The notes beneath the pieces were generated by a model. That model did not search any database and was not told the DNA's origin. It saw only the letters and a list, made by a program, of their open reading frames with translations. Shown here one piece after another: positions 30,755 through 37,801 of a DNA stretch of 37,801 bases. Source of the stretch: a virus. Location of the stretch: the IMG/VR virus record IMGVR_UViG_3300031730_000014, positions 1-37,801 of that record; one strand, written 5' to 3'. Each line of letters begins with the position of its first letter. Position 1 is the first letter of the stretch. Position numbers and translations under genes: made by a program.

Positions 30755-31096
30755 TCAGTGGGTGTTGCGGAAGTCGCGCCACATCGAGCGCAGGACGAGC
30801 AGGCAGCAGGTCGCGCAGGTGGCGCCGATGGCGACGGCGATGGAGGCGAGGGCGAACGCGACGGCGAGGACGCTGGCCGCGCCGGCGCCGACGATGGCGA
30901 GGCCGCCGATCGTCCACCACTTCTTCGCGTCGAACTGGGGCTGCGTCTGGTGGTCGTGCTGGCAGTGATGCTGTGGCTGCTGCTGGGCGGCTTTGGCCAG
31001 TTCCAGCGCGGCCATCGCGACCTGTACGACGCCGGTGTTGGACTCGGCCTGGACGACGGCGGCCTCCGCCTTGTCGAGCGGGGTGAGGTCGCTCAT
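30755..31096 (-). CDS. Membrane protein (113 aa; Spd-like candidate)
   Basis: ATG at 31096 with an ATGA overlap. The C-terminal hydrophobic segments are WWTIGGLAIVGAGAASVLAVAFALASIAVAIGATCATCCLLVL. Confidence 0.6.
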   Translation of the reverse strand: MSDLTPLDKAEAAVVQAESNTGVVQVAMAALELAKAAQQQPQHHCQHDHQTQPQFDAKKWWTIGGLAIVGAGAASVLAVAFALASIAVAIGATCATCCLLVLRSMWRDFRNTH

Positions 31097-31269
31097 CGCG
31101 TCCACCCCCGGATGTGGCGGCTGATGCGCGGCCACGCGATGACGCCGGCCGCGAACGCGAGGACGGCGGGCTGCGAGACGAGCCCGGCAACGACGGCCAG
31201 GACGAGGGCGAGGAGCGTCGGGTACGCGACGAGGAGGCCGAGGACGGCGCCGAACAGGATGCGCATCAT
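31093..31269 (-). CDS. Small membrane protein (58 aa)
   Basis: ATG at 31269 with an ATGA overlap onto the upstream stop. Sequence MMRILFGAVLGLLVAYPTLLALVLAVVAGLVSQPAVLAFAAGVIAWPRISRHIRGWTR. The listed 336-aa ORF is an over-extension. Confidence 0.55.
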   Translation of the reverse strand: MMRILFGAVLGLLVAYPTLLALVLAVVAGLVSQPAVLAFAAGVIAWPRISRHIRGWTR

Positions 31270-32039
31270 GACGGCACCGCCTCGTAGTCGGGGAGCTCGT
31301 CCTCGTGGAAGAGGTTGCGTCCTCCGATGCCTTTGCGGTGGACGGTGAGGCGTCCTGAGGCGACCCAGGAGCGGACGGTGGACATCTCGATGCCGTACTT
31401 CGCGGCGACCTGGGCGGAGTTGAGGAGGGGCGGTTGGGGCGGGATCTGGTTCGCTTCCGCCCAGTCGTCCTCGGCGTCCTGGTCCGTCCCGGGCGGGAGT
31501 TCGGGCGTCCCGTCGGCGTCCTGCTCGTCGAGCCGTTCGAGAGTGATCTCGTCGGTCGACAAGGGGTCGGCCTGACCCTCTGTCGCTACCTCGGGGACGC
31601 TCGGGACGGCTGGAGACGCCGGGGCGTCCTCGGCGTCGTGCGCCAGGCGCTCGTGCAGCTGCCGCATGAGGGCGCCGAACGCTACGAGTGCGGCGGAGGG
31701 CGGGACGGCGGCCACGATGTACTCCATCGGGTCGGCCCCGTATCCGACGCCCGCGACGTTCAGTGCGATCGAGCCGAGGGACCCGAATGCGGCGAGGGCG
31801 ACGGCCCACCAGTCCATGCCGCGGCGGGCCAGCGACGCGCGGAGGATGAGGAGTTCCCCGGCGACGATGAACAGGTCGACGGTGGCGGGCCAGGCCCAGG
31901 CGCGGGCGCCGTCGAGGCCGTTGTCGTCGGCGATGTCGTGGAGGTGTTCGTAGGACAGCCAGAAGGCGGCTGCGGTGAGCAGGATGGTGACGGTGGCTGC
32001 GCCGACGGCGAGGCCGTCGCGGGCGTTGATACGGCTCAT
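31266..32039 (-). CDS. DUF2637-like polytopic membrane protein with a C-terminal HTH (SpdA-type spread protein candidate)
   Basis: The N-terminal half is LAVGAATVTILLTAAAFWLSYEHLHDIADDNGLDGARAWAWPATVDLFIVAGELLILRA...WAVALAAFGSLGSIALNVAG, followed by an acidic linker. The C-terminal LLNSAQVAAKYGIEMSTVRSWVASGRLTVHRKG is an excisionase-type HTH. Confidence 0.75.
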   Translation of the reverse strand: MSRINARDGLAVGAATVTILLTAAAFWLSYEHLHDIADDNGLDGARAWAWPATVDLFIVAGELLILRASLARRGMDWWAVALAAFGSLGSIALNVAGVGYGADPMEYIVAAVPPSAALVAFGALMRQLHERLAHDAEDAPASPAVPSVPEVATEGQADPLSTDEITLERLDEQDADGTPELPPGTDQDAEDDWAEANQIPPQPPLLNSAQVAAKYGIEMSTVRSWVASGRLTVHRKGIGGRNLFHEDELPDYEAVPS

Positions 32040-32758
32040 CGGCCTTCACCTCGCAGGCGGGCGAGCTCGGCGATGGCGCGGTCGAGGCGGGCGGACGCGA
32101 CACGAATGGCGCGGGTGAGGTGCCGGCCGTCCTCCGGGTCGACGGAGGCGTCGAGGTCGAGGGCGACGTACAGGACGGGGTGGGGCTCGGGCTGCTGTAC
32201 GGCGTGGGGTGCGTGGGTGATGCAGCCGTGCATGACCTCGATCTCGCCGTGGCTGGCGGTGATGGCGGTCGCGGTGATGGGCGGCCCGTTGTGGGTGACG
32301 TCGGCGAGGCGGCCGACGGTGTCGTCGCCGTGGCCGATGCACCAGACGGGCTCGTCGACGGTGACCTCGCCGTGGTCGCTGGTCTGCAGCGTGACGGTGC
32401 CGTCCCTGTAGCGGGGGTCCTGCGCCAGGGGCGGGGCCGGGTCGCGCCGGGTGTAGGCGCGTTCGATGGCGGCGTCGATGGCGGCCAGCAGCTCGGGGGA
32501 GATGCGGGCGGTGGACGCTTCCTGCTCGGTGCCGATGACGGCTGCGGCGGCGAGGTAGCCCTCGACTTCGCGGCGGACGTCGAGGATGTCCAGCTCCGGA
32601 AGCGGCGGCTGGCCGGCCTGCTCGGCGTGGCCGATGGCGAGGGCGGCGCGCAGCTGCTCGCGGGAGACGACGAGGGAGATGTTGACCGTGGCGAACGCGT
32701 CCCAGTCGTCGTCGCAGGGGATCGGGTCGGTGGGTCCGAAGGCGGGCGGGGTGCTCAC
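32036..32758 (-). CDS. Hypothetical protein (240 aa)
   Basis: GTG at 32758 with a GTGA overlap. Sequence VSTPPAFGPTDPIPCDDDWDAFATVNISLVVSREQLRAALAIGHAEQ...VWCIGHGDDTVGRLADVTHNGPPITATAITASHGEIEVMHGCITHAPH... The upstream part of the listed 318-aa ORF is junk. Confidence 0.6.
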   Translation of the reverse strand: MSTPPAFGPTDPIPCDDDWDAFATVNISLVVSREQLRAALAIGHAEQAGQPPLPELDILDVRREVEGYLAAAAVIGTEQEASTARISPELLAAIDAAIERAYTRRDPAPPLAQDPRYRDGTVTLQTSDHGEVTVDEPVWCIGHGDDTVGRLADVTHNGPPITATAITASHGEIEVMHGCITHAPHAVQQPEPHPVLYVALDLDASVDPEDGRHLTRAIRVASARLDRAIAELARLRGEGR

Positions 32759-33015
32759 TGGCCGCTCCGCTCGCCGGCGAGGAAGGTGGCCACTCCGGGG
32801 AAGTGCCTGTCGACGAAGCGGCGGGCGGCCTCCTCCTCGGTGACCGGCTCGGCGTCGAGGGCGCGGAGGACGAGGCGCAGCGATTCGCGGAGGGCGATGG
32901 GGCTGCCGCTGTCGAGTGTGCGCTGGGCGACACGGATGGCGACGTCGAGGTCGCTCGGTTCGGTGGCGCGCACGGTGGTGTCGTCCGCGCATGCGGACGT
33001 GGAAAGATCGGTCAT
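32755..33015 (-). CDS. Hypothetical protein (86 aa)
   Basis: ATG after AGGAG. Sequence MTDLSTSACADDTTVRATEPSDLDVAIRVAQRTLDSGSPIALRESLRLVLRALDAEPVTEEEAARRFVDRHF... Confidence 0.6.
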   Translation of the reverse strand: MTDLSTSACADDTTVRATEPSDLDVAIRVAQRTLDSGSPIALRESLRLVLRALDAEPVTEEEAARRFVDRHFPGVATFLAGERSGQ

Positions 33016-33114
33016 GCCGACTCCTGGTGTAGTCAGGATGTTCGGTAGAGGGTCGGGTGGTGCGATCGCCCTGGGTGCTCCAACACCCGGGAGCTGCTGC
33101 CCGGCCCTCGTGGT

Positions 33115-33363
33115 CTATTCGGTTGTGGGGGCGCCCGGCTTGGGCGCCTTCTTTCGTTTGCGCTCGTCCCGCTTGAGTGCCTGGTCGACGGCCTGCCAGC
33201 TGCGCCCGAGATCGCGGGCGACGTTGGCGACCGTGCCGAGTTCCTCTACGCCTTCGCGTAGAGCCTCAGCTCGTCGGGTGGCGGACTCGGAGGCGAGTTG
33301 GTTGAGCTGCTCCAACAGCTGTTCCTCGTCGCGGAGCCGATCCCGCCAGGGCTTCGGTTCCAT
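33115..33363 (-). CDS. Small HTH-like DNA-binding protein (82 aa)
   Basis: ATG at 33363. Sequence MEPKPWRDRLRDEEQLLEQLNQLASESATRRAEALREGVEELGTVANVARDLGRSWQAVDQALKRDERKRKK. The upstream part of the listed ORF is junk. Confidence 0.6.
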   Translation of the reverse strand: MEPKPWRDRLRDEEQLLEQLNQLASESATRRAEALREGVEELGTVANVARDLGRSWQAVDQALKRDERKRKKAPKPGAPTTE

Positions 33364-33370
33364 CCCGGCC

Positions 33371-33399
33371 ACTGTATCCAATAGGGGTGTTGGACGCAA
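33371..33399 (-). promoter_or_regulatory. Sigma-70-like promoter candidate, possibly giving a leaderless mRNA for CDS 33115..33363
   Basis: The minus strand reads TTGCGT (33399-33394), a 17-nt spacer, then TACAGT (33376-33371). The ATG follows 7 nt after the -10 element and has no obvious SD. Confidence 0.3.
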
Positions 33400-33404
33400 G
33401 GAGG

Positions 33405-33563
33405 TCACACCGGATCCTCGGTCTTGCGCGCCCGCTGGAACGCCGCGTGGATGAGCCGCTGCGCCTCGGCCAGGTGACGGGCGCAGATCTTCAGCTCGGC
33501 GCCCGGGTCGACGGCCTCGCCCGTGCACTGGGTGCCGCGGCCGGACAGGACACGGCAGGTCAC
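33405..33563 (-). CDS. Small Cys/His protein (52 aa), not in the supplied ORF track
   Basis: My own translation gives GTG at 33563, sharing 1 nt with the upstream TAG. Sequence VTCRVLSGRGTQCTGEAVDPGAELKICARHLAEAQRLIHAAFQRARKTEDPV, with TGA at 33405-33407. Codon usage and composition are protein-like. Confidence 0.5.
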   Translation of the reverse strand: MTCRVLSGRGTQCTGEAVDPGAELKICARHLAEAQRLIHAAFQRARKTEDPV

Positions 33564-34213
33564 TATGCGCTCTGGCACGACTCCTCCTCCGGCTGGAAGA
33601 ACTGGAGGCGCAGCCAGTCCTGCGGGGTCACGTAGGTGTAGCTACACCAGCCGCACCGGACGCGGGTCTCTCCCGGCATCCGCTTGATGACGGCCCCGCA
33701 CACCACGCCCTCGACGTCGACGGCGACGCACGTGCCGAGCCGCTGCGGACGCGGCGCCGGATCACCGACCATCGACCGCATGCCGACCTCGAGCGTCCGC
33801 ACCTCGCGGGCGAGATCGCCGGCCGCCGGATACTCGACGGCGATCCAGTCGAGCTCCATGGCCAGCCAGCGGGACGCGACCGCAACACGGCGGGCCATGA
33901 CGCCCTCGGTGGGCGGCGCCCCGTGGCTGGGCCAGCGCACCCGCTGCACGTCCGCCCGCCACAGCTCCAGCACCTCGGCGACGTGCCCGCCGTCGACCAG
34001 GTCCAGGACGTCCTCGTCGAGCGGGGACCGCGGCCCGGCCACGGTCGCCGTCACGAACTCGGCGGGCCCCGACCGGCGCGGCACCAGGCACTCCGTCAGC
34101 TCGTCGAACAGGGCGGGCATCTGCTCCAGCCGCTTGGCCAGCTGCACCACGTCACTGGTGCACAGGTAGCCGTCCGCGATCTCCCGCTCGCAGAGGCCGC
34201 AGGACGCTGTCAC
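33563..34213 (-). CDS. Hypothetical protein with N- and C-terminal Cys clusters (216 aa)
   Basis: GTG with a GTGA overlap. Sequence MTASCGLCEREIADGYLCTSD...GTCVAVDVEGVVCGAVIKRMPGETRVRCGWCSYTY... Confidence 0.65.
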   Translation of the reverse strand: MTASCGLCEREIADGYLCTSDVVQLAKRLEQMPALFDELTECLVPRRSGPAEFVTATVAGPRSPLDEDVLDLVDGGHVAEVLELWRADVQRVRWPSHGAPPTEGVMARRVAVASRWLAMELDWIAVEYPAAGDLAREVRTLEVGMRSMVGDPAPRPQRLGTCVAVDVEGVVCGAVIKRMPGETRVRCGWCSYTYVTPQDWLRLQFFQPEEESCQSA

Positions 34214-34416
34214 CGCCGCACCTCACGCTGGGCACGCAGCCGGTACAGGCGGAAGCTGCTCATGAACTGGTCGCCGGCCGCGCCCTTCGCGATGGCCCGG
34301 GAGGCTCGCTCGCTGCGGCGTGCGTCCCGCATGTCCCACCACATGTGAAGCAGCGTCATGCCCTGGACGCCGAGGGCGATGCCGGTCGCGAACAGGACGA
34401 TCTCGTCAGTGGTCAC
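34210..34416 (-). CDS. Small membrane protein (68 aa)
   Basis: GTG after AGGAGG. Sequence TTDEIVLFATGIALGVQGMTLLHMWW, followed by a basic tail. Confidence 0.55.
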   Translation of the reverse strand: MTTDEIVLFATGIALGVQGMTLLHMWWDMRDARRSERASRAIAKGAAGDQFMSSFRLYRLRAQREVRR

Positions 34417-34425
34417 GTCGGCCTC

Positions 34426-34944
34426 CTAGAAGGGCGGGTTCTCGGGGTGTCCTGCCGGGGCCGCGGCGGGCTGCTGCTGTTGCGCGCCACCCCATCCGCC
34501 ACCCCCCTGCTGCCCGTTCGCGGCCTGGGCGCCGGCCCACGGGTCGCCACTGCCCTCCCGCGAGGAGGCCTGTCCGCCGCTGGGGTTCTTGGTGACCTTG
34601 GCGGTGGCGCGGGCGAGGGTGGGCCCGACCTCGTCGACGTCGAGCTCGTAGACCGTGCGCTTCACCTGCTCCTTGTCCTCGTAGGACCGCTGCTTGAGCC
34701 GCCCCTGGACGATGACGCGCATGCCGCGCTGGAGGGACTCGGCGACGTTCTCGGCGGCCTGCCGCCACACCGAGCAGGCGAGGAACAGGGAGTCGCCGTC
34801 GCGCCACTCGTTGGTCTGCTTGTCGAAGATCCGTGGGGTGGAGGCGATGCGGAAGCGGGCGACGGCCGCGCCGGCCGGGGTGAAGCGGAGTTCGGGGTCG
34901 TCGACCAGGTTGCCGACGACGGTGATCACGGTCTCTCCGGACAC
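34426..34944 (-). CDS. ssb: Single-stranded DNA-binding protein
   Basis: OB-fold motif [83 protein letters not shown], a Gly/Gln-rich linker and a C-terminal PPF tip. Confidence 0.95.
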   Translation of the reverse strand: MSGETVITVVGNLVDDPELRFTPAGAAVARFRIASTPRIFDKQTNEWRDGDSLFLACSVWRQAAENVAESLQRGMRVIVQGRLKQRSYEDKEQVKRTVYELDVDEVGPTLARATAKVTKNPSGGQASSREGSGDPWAGAQAANGQQGGGGWGGAQQQQPAAAPAGHPENPPF

Positions 34945-34977
34945 GGAGGGCTCCTTCTGTGGTGTGCTGGGTGGGAG

Positions 34978-35004
34978 GTCGGGCCCGATAACCGCGGGCC
35001 CGAC
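34978..35004 (-). terminator. Hairpin upstream of ssb
   Basis: Perfect 10-bp stem GTCGGGCCCG (34978-34987) / CGGGCCCGAC (34995-35004), in the 74-nt gap. Confidence 0.4.
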
Positions 35005-35018
35005 CGGTGTTGTGCGGG

Positions 35019-35417
35019 TCAGGCGATCGAGAGTGGCCCGTATGCCAGGGCGAGCTGGAGGTAGTCGACTCCCTCCAGCGGTGCCACCCGGTCGCCGTGG
35101 TGGCCGGTGACAAGCACCGGTCCGTAGACGGTCAGGGCGCAGCTGTCGGGGTGGCTCTGGGTGAACCAGGTGATGAACTCGTTGTGCGGCCGCTCGCCGA
35201 GGCCCTCTTCGTCCATCCAGAGGTGCAGGCCGGGCGCAATCTTGACGTGCTCGACGAGGCCGCAGCGGAGGACGGCAGCGGCGTACTCGGCGAAGTGCTC
35301 CGGGTTGGCGGGCAGATTGAGGGCGGCCATGCGACTGTCCTCGGTGATCAGGACGGCATCCGGGTGCGTACCGCCCATCTCTTCGGCGAGCTGAGCAAGG
35401 GTCTTGGTCGTGGTCAC
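35019..35417 (-). CDS. DUF3846-like protein (132 aa)
   Basis: GTG at 35417 after GAGGAGAA, with a GTGA overlap. Sequence ...[36 protein letters not shown]...[22 protein letters not shown]...[12 protein letters not shown]. The family call is from memory. Confidence 0.55.
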   Translation of the reverse strand: MTTTKTLAQLAEEMGGTHPDAVLITEDSRMAALNLPANPEHFAEYAAAVLRCGLVEHVKIAPGLHLWMDEEGLGERPHNEFITWFTQSHPDSCALTVYGPVLVTGHHGDRVAPLEGVDYLQLALAYGPLSIA

Positions 35418-35644
35418 TGGTTCTCCTCGGTGTTGAGGCCGTGGGCGTCGCGGGCGGCGGCCATGATCTGGTCGACGAGGGCCTGGCCGCGCTCGGGGTT
35501 CGGCGAGTGGGCGGCGAGGGTTCGCATGCCGGCCTCGTCGATGACGGTCAGGGTCCGGCCGAACGTGTCGGTGATGGTCTTGGTGTTCACGCCGAGTGCG
35601 GCACAGATGGCCTTGGCGTCGGCGTCGGTGAGGTCGTCGGTCAC
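35414..35644 (-). CDS. Hypothetical protein (76 aa)
   Basis: GTG at 35644 after GAGGAGGA, with a GTGA overlap. Sequence [70 protein letters not shown]... Confidence 0.55.
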   Translation of the reverse strand: MTDDLTDADAKAICAALGVNTKTITDTFGRTLTVIDEAGMRTLAAHSPNPERGQALVDQIMAAARDAHGLNTEENQ

Positions 35645-35856
35645 TGGTCCTCCTCGGTGGTGGTTGTCTCCGTCGGGGTGACGGAGACAGATCCGTCCGT
35701 CGTGCGGGCGGAAGCCTGGTTGCGGAGCTTGGCGGCGTGCCGGTGGGCGAGGCCGCGTTGCCGTGCGGCGGCGAGGGCTGCGCGCCGGCGCCTGGCCGCT
35801 TCCGCGCGGGCGCGGGCGGCGGCGATCTTCTCCGCAACGACGTCGTCGACGTTCAC
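35641..35856 (-). CDS. Hypothetical basic protein (71 aa)
   Basis: GTG after AGGAAGG. It is the first gene downstream of the iteron region. Sequence VNVDDVVAEKIAAARARAEAARRRRAALAAARQRGLAHRHAAKLRNQ... Confidence 0.5.
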   Translation of the reverse strand: MNVDDVVAEKIAAARARAEAARRRRAALAAARQRGLAHRHAAKLRNQASARTTDGSVSVTPTETTTTEEDQ

Positions 35857-35918
35857 GGCCGTGCACCTTCCTGTGGTGAAAAGACGGCAGCTAGATGAGA
35901 GGTGGCCTCGGGCCGGTT

Positions 35919-36173
35919 CGAAGGCTTTCCGAAGGCTTCGAAGGGATGAGCGGGCGATCCCTTCGGGGGCTTGACCTGCGGGTTCGAAGGGACCGAAGGG
36001 TTCGAAGGGATCCGGGTGGGGTCTGGCGCCAATGGGCCATAGGTGAAAGGGCCGTCAATCTCGTATGCGCAAGACCTCGTGTACTTCCCTTCGATCCCTT
36101 CGAAGTGCAGGTCAGACCCTTCGGGGATCCCTTCGGTATTCCTTCGGGGAAGCCTTCGGATCCCTTCGCGAAG
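35919..36173. repeat. Iteron-like array: opposed clusters of CGAAGG / CCTTCG repeats flanking a lower-GC spacer (candidate replication origin)
   Basis: CGAAGG at 35919, 35930, 35939, 35985, 35994 and 36003. CCTTCG at 35960, 36088, 36097, 36118, 36130, 36141, 36153 and 36163. The extended unit GATCCCTTCG occurs at 35956, 36093, 36126 and 36159, and its complement CGAAGGGATC at 36003. The array lies in the 325-nt non-coding gap directly downstream of the primase-helicase gene. Confidence 0.6.
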
Positions 36174-36181
36174 ATCCATAG

Positions 36182-37666
36182 TCAGAAGGACGGAACGGTC
36201 TGGAGTCCGTAGATCACCGACCTTCGGTTGGTGGGGTGCTGGCCTCGGGCATAGCCCTTCTCCTGGAGGGCGTCGCCGAACGCGCGGATGCTCATCTCGC
36301 GGAGGGACCCGGTCTGGCACCACTGCTTGTAGCTGGCGAAGAGCACGCCGGTCTCGGTGTACTGGTCGGTCTCGATCGGCCTGGTGCACTCGTCCCGCCA
36401 CATCAGGAGCGGATCGGACTTCGCCAGGTGCTCCTGCGTCTTCTCCTTGACTGCGGCAGGTACGGCAAGCCCGTTCTGCTGCCAGTCGAGGCATCCGGCG
36501 ATCGCCCAGTTCAGTACGCCCGCCGCCTCATTGGCGAGGATCTTCTCGTCGTACTTCTTGATGCGCTTTTCGGGCGGCACGATGACGTCCCAGCCGATGT
36601 CCTGGAGGCGGCGGGCGATGCCGTGCCCGCCGCCGACGGTAGGCAGGTAGTTGGTGACGAGGTGGATCTTGCCGACGGGCCGGAAGTCGAAGTACTCCTT
36701 GTTGAGGAACCGGGCGCTCACGGTGTCCTCGCCGGTGAGCTGCTTGACCAGCTCGTCGTCGAGCTTCTTGCCGGCCGATGTCTCGGTCGTGGAGAGCAGG
36801 CGCTTGCCCATCATCCGGGCGACGTCGTTGGGGATGCCTTCGTTCTGCTTGGCCATCAGGGTCGACCGTGGAACGGACTGCGCGTAGTCGCCGAAGATCT
36901 CGGTGATGACGCGCATGAACACGCCCTTGCCGTTCTGTCCGTCGCCGTGGTGGATGAACATCACCTGCTCCTCGGTGGAGCCGGTGAGGGTGTAGCCGAT
37001 GACGCGGGCCAGGTAGGCGCGCCGCTCCTCGTCGGGCATGACCGAGGCGAGGAACTCTTCCCACATCGGGGCCTTGGCGTTCGGGTCGTAGATGATGGGT
37101 GACTGCTGCATCAGGTACAGCCCGGCCTCGTGCTGCTGGAGTTCGCCCGTGCGCAGGTCGACGACGCCGTTTCCGACGTTGAGCAGCATCTCGGGCCGGT
37201 CGAAGTCGTCCATGTAGCAGTGCAGGGACGGGTGGCCCTGTGCCACCTCGCGCATCGCTGCGAGCTTGGGACGCATCCGCTGCGACGCCGCCCACTTCAT
37301 GAACGTCTCGCGCGGAGAGGGCAGCTCCTTGCCGTCCTCGCCGCGGCCGGGCACGTTGCTGTACGCGCCCGCCTCGGTGTGCGCGAGTGCGTCGATGGTG
37401 CGGATGACGCGCTGCCAGACCCGGGTCGATCCGCCCTTGAAACTCCAGCGGCCGTCCTCGTAGGTCACCCATTGCTCGGCGTCCACGGTGTACCGGATCT
37501 CGGATCCGTAGTGGTCGACGAGCCGCTCTGCGTTCCCGATGTCGTCGAGGGTGCGGCGCGGATACGCCAGGCTCCGCTGAGGTGTTGGCCCCGGCTCGTC
37601 GACGGCAGGGGGTTCCGGTTCCCCGGCCCACATGTCGTCGTCGGGGACATCGGCCGCGGAGGTCAC
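36182..37666 (-). CDS. Phage/plasmid primase-helicase (P4-family / D5-like SF3 NTPase)
   Basis: 494 aa. D5_N-like ...LLNVGNGVVDLRTGELQQHEAGLYLMQQSPIIYDP...WEEFL..., Walker A FIHHGDGQNGKGVF, ...LLSTTETSAGKKLDDELVKQLTGEDTVSARFLNKEYFDFRPVGKIHLVTNYLP..., and a C-terminal ...FASYKQWCQTGS... segment. Confidence 0.9.
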   Translation of the reverse strand: MTSAADVPDDDMWAGEPEPPAVDEPGPTPQRSLAYPRRTLDDIGNAERLVDHYGSEIRYTVDAEQWVTYEDGRWSFKGGSTRVWQRVIRTIDALAHTEAGAYSNVPGRGEDGKELPSPRETFMKWAASQRMRPKLAAMREVAQGHPSLHCYMDDFDRPEMLLNVGNGVVDLRTGELQQHEAGLYLMQQSPIIYDPNAKAPMWEEFLASVMPDEERRAYLARVIGYTLTGSTEEQVMFIHHGDGQNGKGVFMRVITEIFGDYAQSVPRSTLMAKQNEGIPNDVARMMGKRLLSTTETSAGKKLDDELVKQLTGEDTVSARFLNKEYFDFRPVGKIHLVTNYLPTVGGGHGIARRLQDIGWDVIVPPEKRIKKYDEKILANEAAGVLNWAIAGCLDWQQNGLAVPAAVKEKTQEHLAKSDPLLMWRDECTRPIETDQYTETGVLFASYKQWCQTGSLREMSIRAFGDALQEKGYARGQHPTNRRSVIYGLQTVPSF

Positions 37667-37801
37667 GCTGCCTCCCTGTCGTCGCAGCGCAGGTACTGGC
37701 CGGGCTGTCCGGGGATGGCCACGGGCGGCCAGCCGGGGGTGGCGCGCAGCTGGTGCGGCGGCTTCGGCTTAGCGGCCTCGTCGAGCTCTCGGCGGGTGCG
37801 G
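37663..37801 (-). CDS. 3' end of the wrapped gene 1..561 (partial at the window edge)
   Basis: It is the same frame as 1..561 read across the circular junction. It ends ...GQYLRCDDREAA with TGA at 37663-37665, and the stop overlaps the GTG start of the primase-helicase gene. Confidence 0.6.
   Translation of the reverse strand, partial: RTRRELDEAAKPKPPHQLRATPGWPPVAIPGQPGQYLRCDDREAA
37675..37801. repeat. Terminal direct repeat, copy B (identical to 1..127)
   Basis: Exact match to 1..127 by direct comparison. Confidence 0.9.

Larger units (their letters stand above)
1..37801. mobile_element. Circularly closed temperate siphovirus-like phage genome (about 37.67 kb unique) that also carries an actinomycete ICE-type DNA-transfer module
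   Basis: The two window ends overlap exactly over 127 nt. A large serine integrase sits next to a repressor/Xis-like switch. Gene order runs terminase, portal, protease, HK97 capsid, tail tube, G/GT, tape measure, tail, lysis. Replication genes (primase-helicase, SSB) are present, together with an FtsK/TraB-like translocase and a DUF2637-like membrane protein. Confidence 0.85.

Noticed and set aside
35919-36173. Possible CRISPR array, suggested by the many short repeats
   Set aside because: The repeat unit is only 6-10 nt and spacing is irregular (3-40 nt). Copies occur in both orientations, and there are no cas genes. None of this fits CRISPR architecture.
35853-36494. ORFs crossing the CGAAGG/CCTTCG repeat region (35853..36494 minus, 35895..36212 plus, 36043..36450 plus)
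   Set aside because: Their composition is repeat-driven (runs of PSKG/FEG/RRD), they lack an RBS and they overlap the 3' end of the primase-helicase gene. The region is better explained as non-coding iterons.

Overview
This is a high-GC, actinobacterial (Streptomyces-like) sequence. The first 127 nt are repeated exactly as the last 127 nt, so the window is a circularly closed element of about 37,674 bp, linearised inside a gene. All genes except two regulators lie on the minus strand, and many are translationally coupled through 1-4 nt start/stop overlaps (GTGA, ATGA, TAGTG).

The content is a complete temperate siphovirus-type genome:
- Integration and immunity (1957-4828): a Xis/MerR-type HTH gene, a repeat-rich divergent switch, an XRE repressor-like gene, a large serine integrase and a candidate attP.
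- An insulated accessory cassette (5122-6887): a GntR regulator divergent from a HATPase-like gene and a small helical gene.
- Lysis genes (6906-9042): endolysin, a holin-like protein and two membrane proteins, one of them collagen-like.
- Tail, head and packaging genes (9089-25473): an evolved Dit-like tail protein, tape measure, G/GT chaperones with a -1 frameshift, tail tube, connectors, HK97 capsid, protease, portal and terminase.
- HNH endonuclease, a P-loop NTPase and a lipoprotein moron (25671-26881).
- An early region (27170-37666, wrapping to 561): SSB and a P4/D5-type primase-helicase next to an iteron-like origin.

The most unusual part is a Streptomyces ICE/plasmid-type transfer module inside the early region. 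It comprises a TraB-like FtsK/SpoIIIE translocase, a clt-like repeat cluster, small membrane proteins and a DUF2637-like Spd-type protein.

Family names come from motif recognition by eye and need HMM confirmation. I saw no tRNA, rRNA or CRISPR array.
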